A stretch of 63,663 bases of DNA, counting the filler, from Octopus bimaculoides (lineage: Eukaryota), in assembly GCF_001194135.2 (NCBI RefSeq). It is 8 parts of 7 records of this genome, joined end to end, with 100 filler letters (N's around TTAATTAATTAA, not from the genome) between each part and the next. Parts side by side here need not be neighbours in the genome. Positions count along the whole stretch, not along the records: positions 1 to 24,621 come from NC_068986.1; 7 more parts are not named here. One strand, given 5' to 3'. Below are positions 1 to 12,262 of the stretch, piece by piece. The notes under the pieces are model-generated. The model made no database searches and was not told the DNA's origin. It saw nothing but the letters and a program-made list of their open reading frames with translations. Every line of letters starts with the position of its first letter. The first letter of the stretch is position 1. The position numbers were made by a program, and so were the translations under genes.

Positions 1-44
<44 letters not shown>

Positions 45-1145
45 GTGTATACTCACAAAAACCTGCATAAATAGGCGTATGCATACACACAAACACGTAT
101 TTGTGAATGCGTGTTTGTGTATCTGTGTGTCTGTGACTCTGTGCCTGTGTAAAATTCATACACAGTGATACATACACACCTGCATATATAATTCATTAGA
201 AGCCAATTGAAAATTTAGTTGTGATTGCAACTTTTATTAACCTATTTAAGCACCTATGTTTAACAGAGAAATGATTGAAAAGAAAGAGTTACACGTGACA
301 AAGTTAGTGAGCTTTTAGATTTTTACATTCTTTTCCTATATTTCATTCTTCATTACAAGCCGCTCCTTTGTCATCTGATAACTGTATATGTAATTTCTCT
401 ACTCTTCCATTTCTCCATCACTCTCTCTCTATGTCTCTCCAACACACACTATATGCATACGTACGCAAGTCTTTGTGCGTATACAATTATCGAGGTATAA
501 AAGTATATGTTTGTGTGCCAGTTTGAGCGTACGTGTGTGTGTGAGTGTGCGCGCATGTTTACAAACATGTATATAATGCATGCAGACGTATGCAAAACAC
601 ACACCGATATATGTGCCTGCGCACACTCATATTTATGTATATATATATATACAATATATTTGCAACAAGACTACGCATCGCATAGTCAGAGAAAGGTTGA
701 AATTACTATGAAGATAATGAGTCTTTCCAGTCGCTTAATATCGATCTCGTCATCTGGAGATGTATGCAGTAGTATGCTGAAAATCTGCTTGGGGTGAAAT
801 ATCTTGGGGTCATATGCTGTGTGATTAAATATGGATTATATTAACCTAGATGACAAAGGAAGGCCGGAGAATGAAGAATGGGATGAATATCTAGCCAGCT
901 AGATCTTTTTATGGTTGTGGATAGACAGACTGATAGATACACTGAGAGAGAATGATAGAAAGGTAGAGGCAGAGAATGAAGAGGGTAAACGAGGAGTTGA
1001 AGGACATTGAGAAGTAGATACTGGACTTCATTTTTTATTAAATTTACAACTTTTCCGTGCTAATTTATCAAAAAGATAGTGTTATGTATAACTTTCAAAA
1101 TTATTTTAAAGTGTATATCTTGCTAATATACATATATATATATAT

Positions 1146-1233
1146 ATCAAATAATAAGCAACACGGATTTCAAAAGTGATTGCAGTACGCACGTTTCATG
1201 CTACTTCAATTTATTTAAGTAATGTGAGCATTT
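1146..1233 (-). ncRNA. 3' half of a hammerhead-bearing pLTR/retrozyme-like element (stem II 3' arm, GAAA, stem III, cleavage site, stem I 3' arm, tail)
   Basis: Minus strand reads AATGCTCACATTACTTAAATAAAT-TGAAGTAGCAT-GAAA-CGTGCG-TA-CTGCA...GTTGCTTATTATTTGAT then (AT)n. Its first 28 nt are identical to 1386-1413 (+). Confidence 0.8.
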
Positions 1234-1319
1234 AGCCTGATAGACCCTGCTATGTCAAGATGGACTTATATATTCTTCCTCTGCTCTCTCCCACTTGGTT
1301 TTAATATGTTGCCACATTT

Positions 1320-1413
1320 GTAATATGTCTTTTTTCTACATTTTTTCGTGCAGCTGAAGATTGCTCTTCATATTGCATTTAAGGTAATGCTCACATTACT
1401 TAAATAAATTGAA
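1320..1413 (+). ncRNA. 5' half of the same hammerhead element (stem I 5' arm, CUGAAGA core, stem II), cut by an assembly gap
   Basis: TGCAG (1349-1353), CTGAAGA (1354-1360), TTGCTCTTCA (1361-1370), 39-nt loop, TGAA (1410-1413), then N run. Confidence 0.75.
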
Positions 1414-1728
1414 NNNNNNNNNNNNNNNNNNNNNNNNNNNNNNNNNNNNNNNNNNNNNNNNNNNNNNNNNNNNNNNNNNNNNNNNNNNNNNNNNNNNNNN
1501 NNNNNNNNNNNNNNNNNNNNNNNNNNNNNNNNNNNNNNNNNNNNNNNNNNNNNNNNNNNNNNNNNNNNNNNNNNNNNNNNNNNNNNNNNNNNNNNNNNNN
1601 NNNNNNNNNNNNNNNNNNNNNNNNNNNNNNNNNNNNNNNNNNNNNNNNNNNNNNNNNNNNNNNNNNNNNNNNNNNNNNNNNNNNNNNNNNNNNNNNNNNN
1701 NNNNNNNNNNNNNNNNNNNNNNNNNNNN

Positions 1729-1789
<61 letters not shown>

Positions 1790-2556
1790 AAATCTATCTA
1801 TCTATCTACTTACTTACTTGTCAGACTGTATTTATATATACAAACATACGTACATGTGTATGCATGTGTTTGTGTGTGTGTGTTGTATATTTATATTTTC
1901 TTGTCACTACAAACATACGGTTGTTTATGTTGTCTATCTTTTAATTGCTTTCCGTTTTTAGTTTTTAATTATATTGGAGAGACTGTTTTACAAAATAATT
2001 ATTATTTTAGCAATATTGATTATGTATTCTGTGGCTCTTAAATAAAAACAAAAGAAAAAAGTGTTTACGCTCATCTTTCACCTTTGCACATACACCATCC
2101 TCCTATGTTTAATTATTTATTTTAAAACTGAACATTCATACAAATACCATACATCACAACAGAGCGCCTCACTAATTATATACCCTGAGACAGAGTGACT
2201 AGATATCTTTTGTTAATGAAAACCTACAGTCATAGTCTTCTGTAGTCGAATTCGATGTGGAAGGTACATCATGAAATGAGAAGACTTTTCGGCAAATTCG
2301 AATTAGGTTCGAAACAACTGCTAACTTGCCGGGTGGTATAACCTTCGGAGATACAATTTTCTTTATATTAAATATATAGATAATAAAACTGTAATATATT
2401 TCTCATAATATCCGCTGGATTATTTTTTTTTAGCAATTTTGATTACGCTTTTAATCACTTTTAATCGCTTTTACCATTAATCGCGGAGTCGAACTCCCCA
2501 AAATTTGTATACATTTTTCAAAAATGTTCCACTACTCTTTATTGGTACATTGAGAG

Positions 2557-2590
<34 letters not shown>

Positions 2591-2847
2591 NNNNNNNNNN
2601 NNNNNNNNNNNNNNNNNNNNNNNNNNNNNNNNNNNNNNNNNNNNNNNNNNNNNNNNNNNNNNNNNNNNNNNNNNNNNNNNNNNNNNNNNNNNNNNNNNNN
2701 NNNNNNNNNNNNNNNNNNNNNNNNNNNNNNNNNNNNNNNNNNNNNNNNNNNNNNNNNNNNNNNNNNNNNNNNNNNNNNNNNNNNNNNNNNNNNNNNNNNN
2801 NNNNNNNNNNNNNNNNNNNNNNNNNNNNNNNNNNNNNNNNNNNNNNN

Positions 2848-2892
<45 letters not shown>

Positions 2893-5139
2893 AGTGTACA
2901 AAAGATGTTTCGCATTTGTATTAACAGAATCACATCCCTTCAGGCTTCTCAGAATTTACAGAAATCAATTCCTAACAACCAAATGCTTATTTCTCTGATT
3001 TACACTGGGAATCAAACACCTGGATGATTAGGAGAATTTGACTTACTTTCGTGAAACTAGAAATAATGCAGTGTTACATTTATAATACACTTCCATACAT
3101 GTACGTACATATACAAACATCTCTACTATATATAAAGAAGTTCATTAAGAAATAATTCCATTTCAATGTAGATTTTGTATGCCAGTGTAAATTGTTTATT
3201 CAAGGATAATTTGAAAAGTATTAAAATTTCCAATATTTATGTATTTCATAGAAATGCTACTATCCAATGAGGTGTTTTAACAAATTATCAAATCCCAAAA
3301 CAGATTCTAATTCTCTATCAAATACTTTTTCCAGTGTGCGTCATTGAACTTATTCATTTATTTTTTATATTCGGGTCCTGTTAAGATAACACTTGTAATT
3401 CCTTTAGCGAGAATCGTAAAATAGTCTGGCATGGATATAACACGTGTTTCTGTCAGTCTTCGTTTAAAATTGTGTTACACTGAATAGCAATGTCATAATG
3501 TTTATGGCAGAGTACTGTTCTGGTTATTAATAACTACCGTTTTAACAGATAAATCAGAACCTCCAAAACAATGCTGGACAACAAAAAAAACGATTGATTT
3601 TACATTTATACGTAGCCATTATTTTAGATTTTATTTTTCTTAGGTTTTGGAAAGCTAAAATTTATTGTTAATATATTTTAACATATATCAAATTTGTTAC
3701 TTAAAGATTCTTATCTGAAGCCTACAAACACATTGACAAGTTGTATGTGTGAATTTCGCTTTTTGTGCTTTGTTTTTCAAGACAGTTCTTGTTTATTTAA
3801 GCCCAACCCACCCTTAAAGTATTTTCGCTACAACATCCTGTAGCTTTCTCAATAGATATAGGTCTTATTCTTTTTCAAAGAGATACAAATACAAATACAA
3901 GATGCAGACACCATCTAAACACGTATTAGGAAGGACGAATTGGTTAACATCTTACCACTAACGATAAACCACATCTAAGATAAAATATGTCTAAAACCAA
4001 GTGATGTCAACCATCACTCAAACACGCATATTCTGATGCTAGTAAAAAGAAATAACTTCGAAAAAAAAACGAATTTCAACAGCGCACATGCATGCTGCCA
4101 TGGAGATATAATAACAAGAAACAAATGAATAAAAATAGTAAAATCTGTTATAGATAGGAGACCTAGCTGGTATAGGTTGGACAGGTCTCGACACCATCTT
4201 TGTTATCTGGCACACATAATATCTGAAAAGTTACATTTAAATTTTTTTCCCAAGTCGATTTTTTTTAACATTTCTTTTGTCAAATCTTAATTTCGATTAA
4301 ATCAGACTATGAAACAAAAGATTGCCATAAAAATGTTCCAGTTTACTTTTAGGCAATTACAATACAGATCAAAGTTATTTTGCAAGATATCATGCAATGT
4401 GATCCGTTCCTACTATCTATCATCATTATGTTGTGCCACGATCATGAATACGGTTTTGAATGGTGAAAATTTTATAAATGTCTTTTCTTCCTGACTCACA
4501 CACAGATCCATTCATACAAACAAACGCCTGCACACACGTTTTTTTTAATGTTTGTATTTTCTGAGTTTTAAGATAAAGAAAGTATTTATTGATTAGAGTA
4601 ATATATATGACTGGACTGTCTCCACTGATTTTTCTTTTTATTTACGAGATAATATTCATGTTTCTACTTGTATTAGATTAAATTGCACATACGTGCGCTG
4701 CTCTAACATTTTTGTCTCTCAATCAGCTGAGTGTAGTATTTTAGCAGCTAAAGCACAATAACAAAGGGCAAGAAAGGTAATTGGATCAGGGAATTGAATG
4801 AAATGTTTGCGTATGAACTTCGGAGAGGACAAAATATATCTGATTGTGTGAGGCATGGATATGACTAGTTCGGCTCTTCCAAGGAAAAAAGACTTAGTTT
4901 ACAACTGAGACACCTGTCGTGTAGGTTAATTATCTCCCTACCGAAGTCATTTATTACACGGACTTCTGAACTATACCATTCCATCAAACGCAGAAGTTAT
5001 TATAATCGCCATAGAGCTGTGTTATAGCTGTTTTAGTAGTTCGTCTAAGAGCGCTCTTTCAAAAACAACTAGCAATATTTTGTAAAGTTAACTCATTATA
5101 AAAAATTGAGTTGTTTTATTAGTTTCATCATTTCAACCA

Positions 5140-5540
5140 CCGCAGGTTGTATCATTAAAACGACTGCTCAATCTTGTCATTACAAAGAATATTAATTTCT
5201 CATTCCAATCCGAATTCAGCTATGATTTTACAGCCACAATTTCGATGTGCTATTTTGACCGTTGATTTGCATTACAACAACCTCAGCAGTTGTTTCATGG
5301 CAAATGGCACTGAACAGTGTCATTACAGACACCGCTGATATTTTACAATCTGTACAGGTCTTACAATCGTCAGAGGTCTTACAATGGTCACATGTCTGAA
5401 TCATTAAAAATACTGAACAGTTGTTTCATTACAACCATCTCAGTAATGTATTATTACACCCAACATTGAGCTGACCTTTGCCATTACGACAAATACCAAT
5501 CTGTGTTTTTAAAGCAATGGCTTAGTTGCATTACTATAAT
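5140..5540. repeat. Degenerate ~25-bp minisatellite with an embedded 18-bp sub-array
   Basis: CATTAC-like words recur at ~22-29 bp spacing (about 5153, 5178, 5201, 5228, 5270, 5296, 5321, 5402, 5427, 5453, 5482, 5530). CTTACAAT recurs at 18-bp spacing around 5343-5385. Confidence 0.55.
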
Positions 5541-6072
5541 CACTACCGGTTAGATCAGAGTAGCATCTGTTAAGTTATCTTGACAATCAACACTTAGACG
5601 TTTTCTAACAACTAATGCCTTTGCACAGTACGCGCTTTATATCTTTCGATTATTCTCAAATAACTTGAAAACTTATTAAATGTTTTAAAAGTATTTCCTT
5701 ATTTATTCATTTTTGTATATATATTTCAGTTATTTCATTGATATTTCACTCTCGCTTTCATGTTTATTTATCATATAAGTGTAGAGCTCATTCAAAAACT
5801 CAATTCAGAACTCATCGAGCAATGTCGCCAGGAGGGCGATGTTTCTACTAGTATAATTTAATCACAGTACTTATTTTCATCGATACTGCAGGTCATATAA
5901 ATACTGATTGGATGTGCAATCTGAATTTTAAAAATAGTACCTAAATAACTCCAGCCGTCTTCTACGAGAATAAGACATTCTGTACAATTCTAACATACAT
6001 GACAACAAGAATAACAACACGTTCACATACCCACACACACGGACCACATATATCAACGCAGTGTTCTTTTAT

Positions 6073-6446
6073 TCTTTTATTTGTTTCAGCCTTTAGACTG
6101 TGGCCATACTGGGGCACCGTCTTCAATTTTTTCGTCGAATGGATTAACTCCAGTACTTATTTTTTAAACGAGGCGCTTATTCTGTGAATGTGTGTTGCAT
6201 AACCGCTAAGTTACGGGGAAGACACCATCAAGCGATGGTGAGCGGGCAAACACAGACAGAAAGAACATACGCGCGTACGCGCACACACACGCATATACTA
6301 GGAGCTTCTTTCAGTTTCCGTTAACCAAATCCACTCAAAAGGCTTTAGTCGACCCCAGAAGACACTTGCCCAACGTTGTCACGCAGTAGGACTGAACATA
6401 GATCATGAAATTGAGAAGTAAGCTTCTTACCAAAGCCACATTTGCG
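6073..6446 (-). mobile_element. tRNA-derived bipartite SINE, family A (dominant SINE of this window)
   Basis: Matches the other copies: reverse of TGGTAAG...CTTGGGCAAGTGTCTTC...GGAAACTGAAAGAAGC, an internal (AC)n linker, then the second module ending GAAACAAATAAAAGA. Confidence 0.85.
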
Positions 6447-7149
6447 TCAGTATGCGCAATTAATTAGAATAAATATTTACACTTCAGACTTACACGTTAA
6501 TAGAATGAAAGGTAGGTCCACAGGTGTCTTCTCGACCAGGACTTTAAGGAAAAATTTGGATAAACCAGAATACATCACGACTAATAATCTATCCTTCAAC
6601 CAAACATCCGCTTTTGCGAATTCTTGCAACGGAATAGAATCCACTAAAGGCAGCTAGAAAACCACGTTGGAGTGTTTAGTTCAACCGAAAAAAACAAAAA
6701 CACGACTGAATGAAAATAAAAAGCAATTTCGGAATACATAGAAAACTAAATGCTAATTTGCAAATTGGAGCATATACAGAATCCTCTCTGTCTATAATGA
6801 TTGAACGAGGTTATGTGATTAAGGCAACCACATTCTGGGTTATTAGCTCAACAATTGCTGCACGTGACTCACTGGATAATTGCTATGTAAAATGGTTGGA
6901 AATGTTTGATTTTTTAATCTACTGTAATGGAATAGTAATTTGAAATATTTTTTTCTCATTGCAACATGACAGCTACTTATCAAATATATAAAGTAAGAAA
7001 TAAGTGTAAGCATACATATAAAATTGCACACAAACATTATACACGGGCGAGCGAGAGAGAGAGAAAGACAGTGAAATAAAGAAATATGTCTCCTCATTTT
7101 GTTTGTTACTGCGAAGTTGAAAGGGATATGAAGTGTTTAAATGTAGTTA

Positions 7150-7310
7150 CAATAATATGTCCTTCTACTGAAACGAAATTTCAGTAAATTTTCCGTATCT
7201 TTGTGCAGCTGAAGATTGCTCTGCATTTTACATTTAATGTAATGCTCACATTGCTTAAATAAATGAAACGATCGTACTGCATTAACCTTGAATATCCTTG
7301 TTGCTTATTT

Positions 7311-7312
<2 letters not shown>
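7150..7312 (+). ncRNA. Third copy of the hammerhead element (type I HHR core, stem II 3' arm deleted)
   Basis: TGCAG 7204-7208, CTGAAGA 7209-7215, GAAA 7265-7268, palindrome ACGATCGT 7268-7275, H17=A 7276, CTGCA 7277-7281. Same tail GTTGCTTATTTTGAT then (AT)n. Confidence 0.8.
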
Positions 7313-7358
<46 letters not shown>

Positions 7359-8066
7359 GTATATATATATGTGTGTATTTATATATACACACACACACAC
7401 ACTTAACCACACAGATATGAATATAGACCCATAGTAATACAGTGTGGCTTGTCAAAAAGTAATATCTTAACATAGAACGAAAATATTTTGGATGAATAAT
7501 CTTAGCCCCATATTTTCTATATATACTGTTTGTAATAGCATGGCTACACACTCCGAGCATTCTGTGATGCTAATAAGAAAGAGTACTTTGATTTAATAAC
7601 CTTTTATCTTCTTTCAACCATAACCTGACCCATATTTAATGATCTCATATTCGAATCGTTGTAACATATCCACTGATAAAATATTGACAACGGAATTCAC
7701 TACTGGCAATAATGGTGATTTTTATGATCTAATTGTGTTCGTGCAACGATGTTTCTCGTTTCTATTAGATTCGTGATCAGCAGAATGTGTAAGCACAATG
7801 CAATCAATCATGTTGGAACCTCATTATTATATAGGTGTATAAAATCTGCATACTGTTTCAAGGCAGTGTTTCGAATTTACAATTACTTCGTCTTTGACAG
7901 GGAATAAAACATTCATCTTATGGTCCGAGAACATGTTTCTATTAACACTACATTTGTTTATTATAGGGGTGTATAAATGTAGTATAAGCTATGCCTTCAT
8001 ATTATATTGCAACATTTGAATCCCATTTGCCGTTCAATATCTAATTTCAGTATTACGCCAAAGTAG

Positions 8067-8345
8067 GACAGCGAGCTGGCAAAATCGTTTAAACGCCGGG
8101 CAAAATGTTTAGCAGAATTTCGTCCGTCCTTACGTTCTATGTTCATATTCCGCCGATGTCAGTTTTACATTTCATCATTTTGTGATCGATCAATAAGCAC
8201 GAGTTCAACACTGGAGTCGTTTTATTCGATTCAGCTCCCCGCCACCACCACCATGAACTTATGTCCAACTTGCCCCTTACGTTTCGGAGTCAAATCTCCC
8301 GAAAATACCTCAGCCATTTAACCTTTAGGGGTCGGTTACATAAGT
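8067..8345 (+). mobile_element. tRNA-derived SINE, family B (degenerate)
   Basis: GCGAGCTGGCAAAATCGTT...CGCCGGGCAAAATG...ACGTTCTATGTTCATATTCCGCCG...GGGGTCG, homologous to 15899 and 45749. Confidence 0.7.
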
Positions 8346-9317
8346 ACTAGCTGAGGACAGCTTAGTCAAATTACCTCCTCTCCTCAAAATTATTATTTTC
8401 AGATCTAACGCGGAAAATGATCGGTATCGTTAATGCGTCTTCAAATGTGTTCTACCTTATATGCTACGAATCATTAAGTTCTGATTTCAAATCCTACCTA
8501 CAAAAATTATGCCTTTTATCGTCTGAGATTCGATAATATAATAATGCTATGCAAGTATCAAATTTTTGGCATTGATTTATAACTTCCTTCAAAATGGCTT
8601 GTTTTGCAATACTTAGAAGGAAACAATCAGTATTCAAACTGACAATAGATCGGATTTCTGAATATTCACTTGACCTATTAGCGTTAATTGCAAAATTTCC
8701 CATTTATTATACCATACCCAATCAAGATTTATACATAGATACATACACACATACATACATATATGCATGTATATACACGTATATGTATGTCATATATATA
8801 TATATATANNNNNNNNNNNNNNNNNNNNNNNNNNNNNNNNNNNNNNNNNNNNNNNNNNNNNNNNNNNNNNNNNNNNNNNNNNNNNNNNNNNNNNNNNNNN
8901 NNNNNNNNNNNNNNNNNNNNNNNNNNNNNNNNNNNNNNNNNNNNNNNNNNNNNNNNNNNNNNNNNNNNNNNNNNNNNNNNNNNNNNNNNNNNNNNNNNNN
9001 NNNNNNNNNNNNNNNNNNNNNNNNNNNNNNNNNNNNNNNNNNNNNNNNNNNNNNNNNNNNNNNNNNNNNNNNNNNNNNNNNNNNNNNNNNNNNNNNNNNN
9101 NNNNNNNNNNNNNNNNNNNNNNNNNNNNNNNNNNNNNNNNNNNNNNNNNNNNNNNNNNNNNNNNNNNNNNNNNNNNNNNNNNNNNNNNNNNNNNNNNNNN
9201 NNNNNNNNNNNNNNNNNNNNNNNNNNNNNNNNNNNNNNNNNNNNNNNNNNNNNNNNNNNNNNNNNNNNNNNNNNNNNNNNNNNTATATATATATATATAT
9301 ATGTCTATATATGTATG

Positions 9318-9350
<33 letters not shown>

Positions 9351-11574
9351 GTACATGTATATATAAACGTCATTATCTGAACTGATACCACTTGCTCGAT
9401 CATATATGTACAACCTAGCATGCTACATTGTTTATAGCCAGTCCTCATAGACGCAGATATAACATATTTGCATTTTAGATTGCAGCACGTTACCTGCAAT
9501 TTTCACGCGCGCGCGCTAACATGTGTGTGTATATATAATACTACACTGAATAATGCAATATTGAAAAGATAATGATGTATGAATAAATAAGCAGATTGTT
9601 ACCTCTGGAATATTTTACCTCATATTTTCATTAATTACGAAATATCTGGGGCTAAACAACCATACGAATGCATAACAGCTGGATATTGCTAACTGGATAT
9701 ATGCTAGCTGGATATGTGAGTCACATCGGTTACATCTCCTTCATATCTTCCTTATATTCTTAGAAATGCACACATTGTATAATGTAAGCCTAGTTAGACG
9801 GTAACCGAAAATGAAAACAAAACGTAAAGATGAGATATCCATCGCTGGAATATCTTTTCAGTATAGAAACGGTAGATGGGAGTAGACCTGGAGCTAAAAT
9901 GCAACATTTTACAATAAAGAAATAAATTATAATGCTTGATATAATTTAATATAGTCTAATATATTTATGCCTGAAGGCCGTATGCATGGCATTGGGAACG
10001 TTGAATAAATGAAGAAAAATGCGTAACAGTATTCAATTTGGTACCGACAATATCAAAAGAACATAAAAGACGGTGATATATGTATGCTGATAAAATTTTA
10101 GATGAGTTAAAATATAACTAATTGAAATAAACATCATTATTAATTGCCCGCTACTCTCATCTTTCTCTCACTATCACATAGAGTACATCGAACAAAATAT
10201 TAGATGAGTTAGCTGGGAGTCCTCTAGTTAAAGTTACCATGTAACGTATGAGTAAAAGAATAATAAAGATACATGAGATTAGAATCTAGAATCTAGTTCT
10301 CCGCAACAGTTTTTCACATGCAGTACACGTATATGTTTTTCAAAATTCGGCGGCATACTTGAACCAAATCTATAACTAAAAGTATAAGGGAAAAATTATA
10401 TTCAGGTTACACTGCGGTACACCTATCATACCGGTTGTGGGGCACTGGACTAGATGATGCAACATTAAGAACACATTACCTGGGAAGACACATATACGGA
10501 ATGGTCAAAGCTGGCGTCATAGATTTATTTCAGCACATATGTTTGGAGATGCGGTTTCTTGTGATAGGTAGTAAAATAAATTACTATTAATTATCAGGAT
10601 AATTGATGGAAACTACTTTTCTAATTCATTCGTTTACGTTTAATGGCAGTTTGAAACGCATTTATTTAGAATGCCAAACATATAATGTTAGTGTACAAAA
10701 AGAACGAAGCTCTAATTGTATACTAGTCATTAGCAATTACAGATATTTCTAATGATATATAAAAAAATGCTAAAAGATATTCAGAACAATATCAATTATA
10801 CAAGTTGTTGCTTCAGCCTTTTCTTCAGTTATGTCATTCGTGTTTGTTATTTATTTATATAACTGTACTATGTATATAAGTGTACTTTATACATTTATAT
10901 AAGTATACTATGGGCTTTATTATCTCCATTGTTTTCATAAAGATAAATTTCAAACAAGTTGAGTGACTTAGTAGAACCCACCTTATTTATGTTACCTTGT
11001 CTGATACAGAAAAAGCAATATATTTTCGGGCTGGAATCATTCAGATTAGATACTGTAACATATTCAGTTTTAACATATCTGATGCAGAACAGTTAATGTC
11101 AACAATCTAATTTATGCAGGAGAGTAATATTAACAGCATATTTGATGAAGTAAAGGAACTTTACGGTTTCAGAACTAAAGTCTCAAGAGATGTATTGTAG
11201 ATACTTAGATATACTACAAATTCTACTTGCAGCTTATGAAATACCCTATATTTGAGATAAGGATAAACTAAATCAGTTTTATGGTCAGCTAGATAGCGAT
11301 TTAGAGGCTCGATTTAATCATCTATGCCATTACTTACATGGTAGGGTAATTAAACCGAAATTAGAAATAAAATTACAGAGAGTAAGACGGCGCAACATTT
11401 TAGCATGCCATAAAATACTGTCACCATTCACAAACGAGTGAGTGACTAGATAATAAGTACCACGTATTCACTAAATATTTCAGCTAAATTTGACAGAAAT
11501 GATACAGTGCTTCAGTGGAAATAAATATTATTTTATTAGAGTTTGGTATTGAAATATTTTTGTTTCACACATAT

Positions 11575-11693
11575 TTGTGCGGTAAAAAGTGTGTTTCCCG
11601 ACCACAAAATTCTGGGTTCAATCCCATTGAGTGCTACCTTAACCAAATGTCTTCTTCTATAACATCGGGCCGATCAAAGACTTCTGAGTGGTT
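11575..11693 (+). mobile_element. SINE family A head, degenerate
   Basis: TTCTGGGTTCAATCCCA...AAATGTCTTCTTCTATAACATCGGGCCGATCAAAG...GAGTGG. Confidence 0.6.
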
Positions 11694-11704
11694 ATATATA
11701 TATA

Positions 11705-11956
11705 CAGGTTTGTCCAAAATTTGCCTGACAGTAAATCAAAATCATTTAATTGCAAGATTTACTTCTTGCAATTAAATTTACTTATGTTTAACAATTGGAT
11801 GAATTTAATAGAAGCATCTAAATATGAAACATCATGAAAATTGTTCAAACTGAAGTCCTCCTTGAGCGACACATTTTCCCTTTCGAATCAAAACAGAATT
11901 GCATATACTATCCATGGAAGTTTGATTTACTGTCGGGTGACTTTTGGACAACCCTG
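11705..11956. mobile_element. Tc1/mariner-type MITE (252 bp)
   Basis: Imperfect ~33-bp TIRs (CAGGTTTGTCCAAAATTTGCCTGACAGTAAATC vs CAGGGTTGTCCAAAAGTCACCCGACAGTAAATC) with TA flanks at 11703-11704 and 11957-11958. Confidence 0.85.
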
Positions 11957-12055
11957 TATATNNNNNNNNNNNNNNNNNNNNNNNNNNNNNNNNNNNNNNN
12001 NNNNNNNNNNNNNNNNNNNNNNNNNNNNNNNNNNNNNNNNNNNNNNNNNNNNNNG

Positions 12056-12262
12056 TTTGTGCTTGAGTTTGTCCCCAACGTTTGACAAGCGGAATTGGTG
12101 TGCGTGCGTCCATGTTACATAACAGTTCTGCAAAAGGGGCTTCTAGAATAAGTGCCACGCTAAAAACATTATTTACTTGGATGGATTCGTTCGACTAAAA
12201 TTCTTCAAGCACTGACACAGCATGGCTGCAGTCTAATGACGGAAACATTGAAAGCATAAAAT
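12056..12262 (+). mobile_element. SINE family A second module
   Basis: GTTTGTCCCC...GAATAAGT...CGACTAAAA...CAGCATGGCTGCAGTC...GAAAC. Confidence 0.75.

Noticed and set aside
9643-9656. 14-mer ATATCTGGGGCTAA shared with ~40390 (-)
   Set aside because: A match of this length is expected by chance in 63 kb on two strands, and there is no flanking homology.
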